A program made the position numbers and the translations under genes. Source: Chromatiaceae bacterium (GTDB taxonomy: Bacteria; Pseudomonadota; Gammaproteobacteria; Chromatiales; Chromatiaceae). Taken from it: a stretch of DNA of 39,229 nt. Each line of letters begins with the position of its first letter. The stretch's first letter is position 1. This document shows positions 1-8,725 of the stretch, in pieces. The notes beneath the pieces were generated by a model. It was not told where the DNA came from. It made no database searches and saw nothing but the letters and a program-made list of their open reading frames with translations. Location of the stretch: positions 1-39,229 of the forward strand of contig JARRNE010000023.1 of assembly GCA_037385305.1 (NCBI GenBank), written 5' to 3'.

Positions 1-559
1 CCTCGAGGAGACTGGCGAGGTCGTCGGCGTGCTCCTCCTCCATGGCGAGAATCGTCTCCAGCATGCGCCGGGTGGTGATGTCGTCGTCGCCGATGTAGTG
101 GATCATCTCCCCATAGCTGTCGATCGCGATACGCTCCGCCACCAGGTCCTCCTTGATCATGTCGACCAAATCCTCGCCCTCGACGTATTCCGCGTGGCTG
201 CGCGTGGCGAGTCCCTCCGGGTCGAAGTTGGGTTCGCCCTTGAGCTGCACGATCCGCGCGGCAATCTGGTCCGCGTGCATCTGCTCCTCGTTGGCATGCT
301 GGAGGAATTCCTGGGCCACGGCGTCCGCGTTGATTCCGGCGGCCATGAAGTAATGGCGCCTGTAGCGCAAGATACACACCAGCTCGGTGGCCAACGCCTC
401 GTTGAGGAGCTTGACCACTTGGTCGCGGTCGGCCCGATAGCCCGCCGTCACCGCCCCGTCCTCGATATGTTTGCGGGCCCGTTCGCGCAATGTCTTGATG
501 TCACTGAGGAAGGGCTTCTCCTGAGCCTCCGTCGATGCCTTCGTGTGGGCTTTGGACAT
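1..559 (-). CDS. Bacterioferritin / ferritin-like four-helix-bundle protein (3' end runs off the window)
   Basis: Absent from the ORF track because it is open at the window edge. My minus-strand translation from the ATG (complement of 557-559) reads MSKAHTKASTEAQEKPFLSDIKTLRERARKHIEDG...LNEALATELVCILRYRRHYFMA...HANEEQMHADQIAARI...EDLVAERIAIDSYGEM...ILAMEEEHADDL. This shows a ferritin-like E/ExxH di-iron ligand pattern. Confidence 0.75.
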   Translation of the reverse strand, partial: MSKAHTKASTEAQEKPFLSDIKTLRERARKHIEDGAVTAGYRADRDQVVKLLNEALATELVCILRYRRHYFMAAGINADAVAQEFLQHANEEQMHADQIAARIVQLKGEPNFDPEGLATRSHAEYVEGEDLVDMIKEDLVAERIAIDSYGEMIHYIGDDDITTRRMLETILAMEEEHADDLASLLE

Positions 560-803
560 GGTGTTCTCCTAGCGCTTCAAGTTGGGGAAGCGGCGCTTAT
601 CCGGGCGCTGACCCTGCATCATCACCAGGACCAGGCCCGGGATCAAGCCCCGGAAGAGTGGGACGTTCGGTCAGGGCCGTGGAGTAAGCCATGCCAACGC
701 TCCGGGGCATTCGGTTCCGTCTGGGCTGCCCCTTGAAACCGTGTCCTCCGCATCTATCCTTTTGGCGGGATTGTCCCAGGGGAATGGCGTTGAGGAGGTA
801 ATC

Positions 804-1247
804 ATGTTCGGAAACCTGACCAACTTCGAGGGCAGCTTGTTCGATGACCTATGGCGGATGCAGCGGGAAATGGACGAGGCATTCACCCGCTGGCCCTGGC
901 CGACCGGAATCCGCTCGGTCGCCCGCGGCACCTATCCACCCCTGAATGTGGGCGTCACGCCGGAGAAGGCGGATGTCTACCTGTTCGTCGCTGGCATGGA
1001 CCCCAAGGCCTTGGATCTCTCTATTCAGCGGAACCTGCTCACGATCTCCGGCGAACGGAAGGTGCCGGAGCGCGAGGGCGTGCAGTACTACCGAGAAGAG
1101 CGCTTCGATGGGCCCTTTCGGCGGGTGGTGACTCTTCCGGACGACGTTGACCCCGAGACGGTAGAGGCGACCTACACCGATGGGGTTCTCCATGTCTCAG
1201 TGCAGCGTCGGGAGGCCACCCGCCCCCGTCAGATTGAGATCAAGTGA
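804..1247 (+). CDS. Hsp20 / alpha-crystallin family small heat-shock protein
   Basis: ORF 741..1247 trimmed to ATG 804, which is preceded by GAGGAGG (792-798). Alpha-crystallin domain pattern: YLFVAGMDPKALDLSIQRNLLTISGERK...FRRVVTLPDDVDPETVEATYTDGVLHVSV. Confidence 0.9.
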   Translation: MFGNLTNFEGSLFDDLWRMQREMDEAFTRWPWPTGIRSVARGTYPPLNVGVTPEKADVYLFVAGMDPKALDLSIQRNLLTISGERKVPEREGVQYYREERFDGPFRRVVTLPDDVDPETVEATYTDGVLHVSVQRREATRPRQIEIK

Positions 1248-1265
1248 AATAAGGAGGAGCTCAGC

Positions 1266-1661
1266 ATGACCGAGAAGAGCGATGTGACGGCCCGGGGCGC
1301 TGGCGAGGCGAAGGACCGGGATGATGCCCGGCCGGTGCTGCGGCCCCCCGTAAATATCTTCGAGGATCCACACGGCATCACCCTCGAGGCGGATATGCCG
1401 GGCGTCTCGAAGGATCGCCTCAACCTCCAAGTGGACAAGGATACGCTGGTGGTGGAAGGCGACGCCAAGATCGATATGCCGGCGGGTATGGAGGCGCTCT
1501 ACGCGGACGTCCGCGTAACGCACTATCGCCGCAGCTTCACCCTGAGCGGCGAGCTTGAGCCCGACAAGATCGAGGCGAGCCTGAAGGACGGGGTGTTGAC
1601 GGTCCGCATTCCCAAGCGGGCAGAGCTGCGCCCCCGCAAGATCGAGGTGAGGGCCGGGTAG
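1266..1661 (+). CDS. Hsp20 / alpha-crystallin family small heat-shock protein (second tandem copy)
   Basis: ORF 1266..1661 with AAGGAGGAG at 1251-1259. Pattern: VNIFEDPHGITLEADMPGVSKDRLNLQVDKDTLVVEG...YRRSFTLSGELEPDKIEASLKDGVLTVRIPK. Confidence 0.9.
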   Translation: MTEKSDVTARGAGEAKDRDDARPVLRPPVNIFEDPHGITLEADMPGVSKDRLNLQVDKDTLVVEGDAKIDMPAGMEALYADVRVTHYRRSFTLSGELEPDKIEASLKDGVLTVRIPKRAELRPRKIEVRAG

Positions 1662-1674
1662 CGCCCGTCAGGGT

Positions 1675-1702
1675 GCCTCGGCCCGGCAAGCCTTGCCGAG
1701 GG
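1675..1702. terminator. GC-rich hairpin between the convergent hsp20 and ybbP genes (possible bidirectional terminator, no clear U-tract)
   Basis: gcctcggc (1675-1682) is the exact reverse complement of gccgaggc (1695-1702), with a 12-nt loop. It lies between the stop codons at 1661 and 1710. Confidence 0.35.
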
Positions 1703-1709
1703 CTACCAC

Positions 1710-4268
1710 CTAGGCTCCGCGGCGAAGCATGGGGAGCGGCGGCTGGATCAGCAGCGGATAGGTCGCGAGGGTTCCGGCGGCGCCGATCGCGAGTGCGCTG
1801 CCGGCAACCCCGGCGACCCAGAGCCAAGGGTTGAACTGGAGCGCCAGGTCGAACAGCTGGTGGGCGAGCAGCAGCCCAATGATCTCCGCGAAGATCGTTG
1901 CAAGCAGCCCCGCCAGGAGCCCCGCGCCCGTGAACTCCACCGCGAGGCTCCGCAGCAGCTGGCGGCGGCTCGCCCCGAGGGTGCGAAGGAGGCCGTGCTC
2001 GGCACGTCTTTCCTCGATGCTCGCCTGGATGCCCGCGTACATCACTAGGATTCCCGCGGCCAGGCTGAAGAGGAAAACGTATTCCACCGCCATCATGCCG
2101 CGGTCGATGATGCGGCGGACCTGGTTCATGAGCGCTTCCACGTCGAAGAGGGTCACGCTCGGGAAGGTCCGAACCAGCTCCGGCACCAGGGCTTCCTTCG
2201 CCGGCGGCAGGTAGAAGCTGGTCACATAGGTCGCCGCTTCTTCCCCCAGCAGGGAGGGAGGCGCGATCACGAAGAAGTTGACGTTGAAGCTGTCCCACTG
2301 GACCTTGCGCAGGCTCGTTATCGGGGCCTGGACCTCATGCCCCGAGACCCAGAAGGTAAGGACATCGCCCAGCTTCAGGCCGAGCGTATGTGCCAAGCCA
2401 TCCTCCACCGAGAGCTGGGGCGGCGGGTTCGGCCCCCTCCACCAGCGGCCCGCCACGATGCGGTTGTCCGACTGGAGGTGATCGCTCCAGCTCAGGTTGA
2501 ATCCCCGGGCGGCCAACCGTTGGGCGCGGGGGCTCGGGTAGGTCTCCGGATCGACCTTGGCGTTGTTCACCCGGATCAGGCGTCCGCGGACCATGGGAAA
2601 GATGCCGGAAGTCCGGATGCCGTGCTGCCGGAAGAAGGCCTGCAGGGGCTGCACGCCCTGGGGCTGAATGTTGATCAGGAATCGATTCGGGGCGTCGGTC
2701 GGCAGGCTTCCCCGCCAGGTCCGGAGGAGATCGACCCGCACCACCGCCAGGAGGAGCAGGGCAAGGATGCCGAGGCCGAAGCCTGTGATTTGCAAAAGCG
2801 CCCCCGTCGGCCGCCGGGCGAGGGCGGCGAGACCCAGCCGCCACACCCCTCGGCTGCGTCCTGCCAGGGAGGCGGAAATACGGATGAGGAGGGCGACCGC
2901 CCCGAGGAGGGTGAGGATGGCAGCGGCCACCCCGGCGAGCAGCCTCCAGGCGAGCTCCGCGTCCCCGGCCTGCCAGAAGATGAGCAGCGCGAGCGCCCCT
3001 GCGGCGGCGCCGAATGCCACGGCCGCCGAGAGCCGGGGTGGGCCGAGATCGCGATGTAGCGCCCGGAGGGGCGGAATCCGGGCCAGCTGGAGGAGGGGCG
3101 GCAGGGCGAATCCGAAGAGGGTGACGAGTCCGGTGCCGAGGCCCAGGGCGATGGGACGCAGCGAAGGGGCCGGGAGCTGCGAGCCGAACCACTCTGCAAG
3201 GATCGCTGCGAGGCCAGTTTGGGCGAGGTAACCCAGAACGCAGCCCAGGAAGCTCGCTGCGAGACCGAAGAGCAGGAGCCGCACCAGGAAGATCCGGGTC
3301 AGGAGGCCGCGATGCGCCCCGAGACAGCGCATGACCGCAACGGCATCGGTCTGGCGACCCACCAGGCGGCGGCTCGCCAGGGCGACCGCCGCACCCGCCA
3401 CGAGTACGGTGGCCAGGGCCGCCAGGCGCAGGAACCGGGACGCCCGATCGATGGCAGAGGCAAACTCCGGTCGAGCGTCGCGGGCATCCTCCACCCGCAG
3501 ATTCGGGGACGCGGAGCCCTTTGCTGCAGATTTGAAGCGGTCGACCGCGGGGAGGTCACCGGCGACCAGGAGTCGATAGTGGACGCGGCTGGCGGGGGTT
3601 ACCAGGCCGGTCGCGGCGACATCCCGCATATTGATCATGACCCGCGGCGCGAGCTGGAAGAGGTTCCTTCCCCGATCCGGCTCGTAAGCGATCACCCCCG
3701 CAATGCGGAAGCCTTTGCTGCCCAGGGTTAGGGTGTTTCCAACCTTGGCCTTCAGCAGATACAGGAGGCGGGGCTCCACCCACATCTCGCCCAGGGGAGG
3801 CCCCCCCACGACGGCTCGCTCCGGCTCCCCCGAACGGGCCTGCAGGCGAGCTGATCCCCGCAGCGGGTAGTGGGAGCTGACTGCCTTGACTTGGACCAGG
3901 TGGGGTGTCCCGGCGCCCATGATGACACTGGGGAATTCCAGGGTCCGGGCAGTATCCAGACCCAGGGCGCGCGCCTGCCGGGCCAGCGGCTCGGAGATAG
4001 GGGCGGAGCTGTCCAGGGCGAGATCGGCGGCGATCAGCTCTCCGCCCTGCCGCTGCATGGCCTGCTCGATGCGATCCGTGAAGAAGCCGACCCCTGTGAT
4101 GGCAGCCGCTGTCAGCAGTAGCGCCGCCCCCAGAAGGTAAAGCTCCCCGCTGCGCCAGTCCTGCCGGAGAAGGCGCAGGCCGATCCGCCAGGCCCGACCT
4201 CCCGCCGGCACCCACAGCGCCCTTGCGGTGCCAAGTGTGCCCAGATGGGCCTCTCGCGCCTCGTTCAT
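1710..4268 (-). CDS. ybbP: FtsX-like ABC transporter permease, YbbP type (large, duplicated FtsX domains)
   Basis: 852-aa ORF with many TM segments. Its ATG overlaps the stop of the upstream ATPase gene (ATGA at 4265-4268). Conserved tesA / ybbA-ybbP arrangement. Confidence 0.85.
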   Translation of the reverse strand: MNEAREAHLGTLGTARALWVPAGGRAWRIGLRLLRQDWRSGELYLLGAALLLTAAAITGVGFFTDRIEQAMQRQGGELIAADLALDSSAPISEPLARQARALGLDTARTLEFPSVIMGAGTPHLVQVKAVSSHYPLRGSARLQARSGEPERAVVGGPPLGEMWVEPRLLYLLKAKVGNTLTLGSKGFRIAGVIAYEPDRGRNLFQLAPRVMINMRDVAATGLVTPASRVHYRLLVAGDLPAVDRFKSAAKGSASPNLRVEDARDARPEFASAIDRASRFLRLAALATVLVAGAAVALASRRLVGRQTDAVAVMRCLGAHRGLLTRIFLVRLLLFGLAASFLGCVLGYLAQTGLAAILAEWFGSQLPAPSLRPIALGLGTGLVTLFGFALPPLLQLARIPPLRALHRDLGPPRLSAAVAFGAAAGALALLIFWQAGDAELAWRLLAGVAAAILTLLGAVALLIRISASLAGRSRGVWRLGLAALARRPTGALLQITGFGLGILALLLLAVVRVDLLRTWRGSLPTDAPNRFLINIQPQGVQPLQAFFRQHGIRTSGIFPMVRGRLIRVNNAKVDPETYPSPRAQRLAARGFNLSWSDHLQSDNRIVAGRWWRGPNPPPQLSVEDGLAHTLGLKLGDVLTFWVSGHEVQAPITSLRKVQWDSFNVNFFVIAPPSLLGEEAATYVTSFYLPPAKEALVPELVRTFPSVTLFDVEALMNQVRRIIDRGMMAVEYVFLFSLAAGILVMYAGIQASIEERRAEHGLLRTLGASRRQLLRSLAVEFTGAGLLAGLLATIFAEIIGLLLAHQLFDLALQFNPWLWVAGVAGSALAIGAAGTLATYPLLIQPPLPMLRRGA

Positions 4269-4954
4269 TGCATGGGCTCCAGGTGGCCCTCGTGCATGTG
4301 CAGGCGGCGGTCACAGCGGTTGGCTAGATGCGGGTCGTGGGTGACCAGGACCAGTGCGGCGGCGGCATCTTCCCGCAGATCGAGGAGCAGGTCGATCACG
4401 TGCTCGCCGGTGGTCTCGTCGAGATTTCCGGTAGGCTCATCGACGAACAGGATGGAGGGGCGGGGAGCAAACGCGCGCGCGATGGCGACCCGTTGCTGCT
4501 CACCGCCAGAGAGCTGCCGCGGGTAGTGTCCAGCACGCCTGCTCAAGCCCACCCGATCCAGGGCCTCCCGGGCGGTCGCGTCCGCATCGGCGCGGCCGCT
4601 GAGCTCGAGGGGCAACAGCACGTTCTCCAGCGCGGAAAGGGTTGGTAGGAGCTGAAAATCCTGAAAGACGAAGCCTACGCGCCCTTCGCGCAGCGCAGCG
4701 CGACCGTCTTCGTCCAGCTCCCTGAGGCGCTCTCCGCACAGCCAGACGTCGCCGCTGCTGGCCTGGTCGAGGCCCGCCAGGAGGCCGAGCAGGGTGGACT
4801 TCCCGGAGCCTGACGCGCCAAGGATGGCAACCGCCTCGCCCGCATGCACGGCGAGGTCGAGACCCTTTAGGATGGTGAGGCGACCGCCGGGGCCGTCTAC
4901 ATGCTTCGCGAGCTGCGCGGCCCTGGATACAACCGAGCCGGAATTCGCTGTCAT
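4265..4954 (-). CDS. ybbA: ABC transporter ATP-binding protein, YbbA type
   Basis: ORF 4265..4993 trimmed to the ATG at 4954 (MTANSGSVV...). Walker A GASGSGKST, signature LSGGEQQR, Walker B ILFVDEPTGNLD. Confidence 0.9.
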   Translation of the reverse strand: MTANSGSVVSRAAQLAKHVDGPGGRLTILKGLDLAVHAGEAVAILGASGSGKSTLLGLLAGLDQASSGDVWLCGERLRELDEDGRAALREGRVGFVFQDFQLLPTLSALENVLLPLELSGRADADATAREALDRVGLSRRAGHYPRQLSGGEQQRVAIARAFAPRPSILFVDEPTGNLDETTGEHVIDLLLDLREDAAAALVLVTHDPHLANRCDRRLHMHEGHLEPMQ

Positions 4955-5582
4955 GATGAGATTGCTCCTGAGCGCTCTGGTCCTCTTGCCCATGCTTGCC
5001 CGGGGCGAGGGTCCCGTCGTCCTGGTGCTGGGGGACAGCCTGAGCGCGGGTTACGGCCTTCCACAGGATCGCGGGTGGGTGGCCCTGCTCGCGCAACGGG
5101 TGAGGGCCAAGGGCTATCCGCACCGGGTGGTCAATGCCAGTGTTTCCGGCGACACGACCGCTGGGGGGCTGACTCGCCTGCCGCCCCTCCTCGAGCGGAA
5201 CCGCCCAGCCGTATTGGTGATCGAGCTGGGCGCCAACGACGGTCTTCGGGGGCTGAGCTTCGAAGAGATCGAAGGCAATCTGATCCGCCTCGCGGACCTA
5301 GGCCGGCGAGCCGGTAGCCGCCTTCTGCTCATTGGGGTGCGCCTTCCGCCCAACTACGGTGCGGCCTATACGGCGGGCTTTCAAGCCGTGTTCCGCAAGG
5401 TCGCCCGGCGTGGAAGGGTTCCGTTCGTTCCCCACTTGCTTGGCGGCGTGGCCGAGCACTTGGATCTCATGCAGGCGGATGGGCTGCACCCCAACGCGGA
5501 GGCGCAGCCCCGATTGCTCGACAACGTATGGCCTAAGCTGGAGCCCCTGCTGCGGGAGACCACCCCTTCTTCGAAGAGATGA
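4953..5582 (+). CDS. tesA: SGNH/GDSL arylesterase, acyl-CoA thioesterase I / lysophospholipase L1 type
   Basis: ORF 4794..5582 trimmed to ATG 4953 (MMRLLLSALVLLPMLARG signal peptide). Block I GDSLSAGYG, block III ELGANDGLRG, block V DGLHPN. Divergent from ybbA with overlapping start codons. Confidence 0.85.
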   Translation: MMRLLLSALVLLPMLARGEGPVVLVLGDSLSAGYGLPQDRGWVALLAQRVRAKGYPHRVVNASVSGDTTAGGLTRLPPLLERNRPAVLVIELGANDGLRGLSFEEIEGNLIRLADLGRRAGSRLLLIGVRLPPNYGAAYTAGFQAVFRKVARRGRVPFVPHLLGGVAEHLDLMQADGLHPNAEAQPRLLDNVWPKLEPLLRETTPSSKR

Positions 5583-5682
5583 CGGCGTCGGCCGGCCGGG
5601 ACCTTTTGTCAGTTTGCAGCAGGCGGGAGGCGTACAATTTCAGCCTGAACTGACTGACGCCGAGACCCTAGGGGAGGATCCT

Positions 5683-6810
5683 ATGCATCGCGTAACCGTC
5701 GTCGGCTCCGGATTCGGAGGGTTGACCGCCGTCCAGCGGCTGAGGGAGTCGGCGCTGGACATGGAGATCACCCTGGTGAGCCCAAAGGACGAGTTCGTCT
5801 ACTACCCGGGGCTGATCTGGGTACCCTCCGGTCTGCGTACCGGGGACGACCTGCGTATTCCGTTGAAGAACTTCTTTCGCAGGCTGAGGATTAGTCACCT
5901 GGCTGCCGAGGCCACAGGGCTCCGTGAGGGGGGGAGAGTCCTCGATACCACTCAGGGCGAGGTGAAGAACGAAGGACTCATCATCGCTTCCGGCGGACGC
6001 TACCTGAAGAAGCTCCCGGGGATCGAGCATGCGATTACGCCGTGCGAGGGGATCGCGGCGGCGGATCGGATTCGCGAGCGGCTTCGGGAGATGGAGGGCG
6101 GCACCATCGCGTTGGGCTTCGCCTCCAATCCGAACGAGCCCCAAGCGATGCGGGGAGGACCCATGTTCGAGTTCCTCTTCGGAATCGACCGGCAGCTGCG
6201 CAAGGAAGGCCGGCGCAACCGCTTCAAGCTGGTCTTCTTCTCCCCGGCGGCAAAGCCGGGCAACCGCCTCGGACCGAAGGCGGTGGACGGTCTGTTGAAA
6301 GAGATGCGCAAGTGGGATATCGACACCCATCTGGGCCACAAGCTCAAGGGCTTCACCGAGAACAAGGTCATGACGGAGGGTGGGGAGCTCGCGGCGGATC
6401 TGATCCTGTTCATGCCGGGCATGACCGGCAACCAGTGGTTCGACAGCACCGAGCTGCCCCGCTCCGACGGTGGGCTCATCAAGGCGGACGAACGCTGTAG
6501 GGTTTCGGGCTTCGAGCGGGTTTACGTGGTAGGCGACTCCGGCAGCTTTCCGGGACCGGAATGGATGCCAAGACAGGCCCATATGGCGGACCTTCAGGCC
6601 CAGGCGGCAGCGATCAACCTCTTGGCGGAGCTCAAGGGCGAGGAGCCGACGCGCACCTTCAAGGTCGAGCTGATCTGCATCGTCGACGCGCAGGACCGAG
6701 GCATGCTGGTGGCCCGCACCGAGACCCGCAATATCGTCCTACCCTCCATGCGGATGCTCCACTGGATAAAGCGCGGGTTCGAATGGTGGTATCTGCGGCA
6801 GTACCGGTGA
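5683..6810 (+). CDS. FAD-dependent pyridine-nucleotide-disulfide oxidoreductase, sulfide:quinone-reductase-like / NDH-2-like
   Basis: ORF 5332..6810 trimmed to ATG 5683 (GGGGAGGA at 5671-5678). N-terminal Rossmann motif VTVVGSGFGGLTA, second dinucleotide site, and YVVGDSG near the C-terminus. The 5' 350 nt of the listed ORF overlaps tesA and looks spurious. Confidence 0.75.
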   Translation: MHRVTVVGSGFGGLTAVQRLRESALDMEITLVSPKDEFVYYPGLIWVPSGLRTGDDLRIPLKNFFRRLRISHLAAEATGLREGGRVLDTTQGEVKNEGLIIASGGRYLKKLPGIEHAITPCEGIAAADRIRERLREMEGGTIALGFASNPNEPQAMRGGPMFEFLFGIDRQLRKEGRRNRFKLVFFSPAAKPGNRLGPKAVDGLLKEMRKWDIDTHLGHKLKGFTENKVMTEGGELAADLILFMPGMTGNQWFDSTELPRSDGGLIKADERCRVSGFERVYVVGDSGSFPGPEWMPRQAHMADLQAQAAAINLLAELKGEEPTRTFKVELICIVDAQDRGMLVARTETRNIVLPSMRMLHWIKRGFEWWYLRQYR

Positions 6811-6962
6811 TTGAACCGCAGAGCCGGCGAGCGCACACAGATGAGGTTCGTAGGGTGGTTGCGACGGGTCAGCGGTCTTGGCGATTGATGCCTTCGGCGG
6901 ATGGGTATGGAAGTTGTACGCTGGTCCGCTGGCTTGCAGGAGACCCAGGACGAGCTGGTAGC

Positions 6963-7751
6963 TCACGAGGTCGCGAGCGGGAAGAGCCGCCGGGCGTTGG
7001 CCGTGGTAACCCCCGCCACCCGCTCCGGGGAGACCCCGTGGACCTGGGCGATCAGGTCGCGGGCGAACGTGAGATTCGCCGGCTCGTTGCGGCTGCCGCG
7101 ATCCGGGCCGAGCACCGGGGAGTCGCTCTCCAGGGCGAGGGATTCGAGCGGCAGACGGCGGACGAGCTTTCGTTTCTGATCGGAGCGCACCGCGGACGGA
7201 GGGACGGAGAAGAGATAGCCGGCCTCGGCCCCACGCACCGCGTGCGCCGCCTTGCCGTCGAAGGCGTGCATCAAGACCTGCTTCGCCCCCGTGGCGAGCA
7301 GGAGGTCCAGCGTGTAGTGTCCGGCGGAGCGGGAGTGGACGTTGAGGGGCAGGCCAAGCTCGTTGGACAGAGCCGCCATTTCCTCCAGCAGGTCGCCTTG
7401 GGCACGGCGCCGCTCCGGGTCCTTCGTGTACCAGTAGTCGAGTCCCACCTCGCCGATGGCGGCCAGCGCCGCAGCGTGGGCTCTTATTTGACCAATGGCC
7501 GCGTCCATCTCCGCACGTGTCGGCAGCGGCCGGTCGTCGGCGAAGCGATCCGGGTGGAACCCCAGGCAGGGCAACAGGGTACAGCCGTCAGGCGCGTCGT
7601 CCGCGACAATCCGCAGGACCCGTGCGTTGTCCTCCGCATCCTCCCCAACGACCAGAACGACGCCGACCCCAGCCGCGGCCGCACGCCTGCGGACGGCCGC
7701 CCGGTCGGCATCGAACTCGGCGCTCGCAAGATGGCAATGACAGTCGATCAT
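6963..7751 (-). CDS. TatD-family metal-dependent hydrolase
   Basis: ORF 6963..7970 trimmed to the ATG at 7751 (MIDCHCHLASAEFD...). Motifs IGEVGLDYWY, LNVHSRSA and LALESDSP, typical of TatD. Confidence 0.85.
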   Translation of the reverse strand: MIDCHCHLASAEFDADRAAVRRRAAAAGVGVVLVVGEDAEDNARVLRIVADDAPDGCTLLPCLGFHPDRFADDRPLPTRAEMDAAIGQIRAHAAALAAIGEVGLDYWYTKDPERRRAQGDLLEEMAALSNELGLPLNVHSRSAGHYTLDLLLATGAKQVLMHAFDGKAAHAVRGAEAGYLFSVPPSAVRSDQKRKLVRRLPLESLALESDSPVLGPDRGSRNEPANLTFARDLIAQVHGVSPERVAGVTTANARRLFPLATS

Positions 7752-7845
7752 CTTGAAAAGGCGGTTAACCACGAAGGACACGAAAGAAACACAAAGAGTG
7801 AAGACGATATCCCGAGGACGCAATCCCCAGTGCCTGGCATGTGCA

Positions 7846-8691
7846 TCAGGGTCCCGTCTTGATGCGGACATCGAAGGACAGCCGTGAGCTGGCGGGGCCG
7901 AAGTAGCTGCCTTCCACCGGCATGGCGCCAGCCGGCTCCCGGGCCGCCGCCACAGCGACGTGGGTTGCACCCACCGCGATGCCCCGGGTCGGATCGAGCC
8001 CGGACCACCCGCACCCTGGGATGTAGACCTCCGGCCAGGCGTGCAGGTGGCGCTCGGTGGCGTCCATCGCGGAGCGGTCCTGGTAGCCGCTCACGAAGCG
8101 GGCGGCGAACCCGGCTGCCCGGCACAGGCTGACGAACAGCACGGTCTGGTCACGGCAGGCGCCCCGTCCTCTGGCCAAGGTCTCGGCTGGCGTCTGCGGA
8201 GCGCCCTCGTCGCGGATCTCGCGCTCGATTCCGGTGTGGAGGCGGTCGTTGAGGACGGCGAGAAAGGCGAGGGGGTCTCCCGCGGAGCGCGCCACGATGT
8301 CGTCGGCCAGCGCTCGGACGCTCGCCTCCGGGCTGCCGGCGTCCCGGTATCGCGCGAGCGCGGCCTCCTCGTCGGCCGGGTAGATGACCGGTAAGGCCCG
8401 GTAGGCGGTGTCGAGCACCAGGCCGAACGGATCGGACTCCAGGGTATCGACCGTGAAGCGCGAGACGATGCGCAGCTGCCGCGTCTCGGCCTCGAACCAC
8501 ATGCGGGTGGCCAGGTTGCCCTCGGCGTCCAAGCGCTCCTGGCGCAGCACGGGCGCCGGATCCACCAGCAGCGAGTAGCCCAGCTCCCGGAATCCGCCGT
8601 CGTGGCGCGGGCGCAGGCGCACCGTCTGCGGACCGAGCGTCACCGGCTCGGTGTAGCTGTAGGTTGTCATGTGCTCGACGTCGAACCGCAT
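7846..8691 (-). CDS. Transglutaminase-like family protein (Bact_transglu_N plus transglutaminase core)
   Basis: ORF 7846..8826 trimmed to the ATG at 8691 (MRFDVEHMTTYSY...). Catalytic-type pattern GACRDQTVLFVSLCRAAGFAARFVSGY, HAWPEVY and GLDPT. Confidence 0.85.
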   Translation of the reverse strand: MRFDVEHMTTYSYTEPVTLGPQTVRLRPRHDGGFRELGYSLLVDPAPVLRQERLDAEGNLATRMWFEAETRQLRIVSRFTVDTLESDPFGLVLDTAYRALPVIYPADEEAALARYRDAGSPEASVRALADDIVARSAGDPLAFLAVLNDRLHTGIEREIRDEGAPQTPAETLARGRGACRDQTVLFVSLCRAAGFAARFVSGYQDRSAMDATERHLHAWPEVYIPGCGWSGLDPTRGIAVGATHVAVAAAREPAGAMPVEGSYFGPASSRLSFDVRIKTGP

Positions 8692-8725
8692 CGCGTCCGG
8701 CCTCCGGGTTCGCTTCTGTAAGAGT

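Noticed and set aside
732-758. A sigma32-type heat-shock promoter upstream of the first hsp20 gene (CTTGAAA at 732-738).
   Set aside because: The -35-like element is a good match. However, the only CCCCAT-like sequence (CCGCATCT, 748-755) is about 9-10 nt away rather than about 13-14, and at the correct spacing the -10 does not match. It is suggestive but unsupported.
1537-4314. Several long ORFs overlapping ybbP on both strands (for example 1537..2298, 2335..3192, 2337..3059, 3556..4314).
   Set aside because: They are rich in Arg, Pro, Gly and Ala and show no motifs. They sit entirely within a well-supported 852-aa permease gene, which is the typical open-frame artefact of about 68% GC DNA.
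6561-7862. A 433-aa plus-strand ORF spanning the end of the SQR-like gene and all of tatD.
   Set aside because: The translation is low-complexity and Arg/Gly-rich. It is antisense to a TatD gene with clear catalytic motifs.
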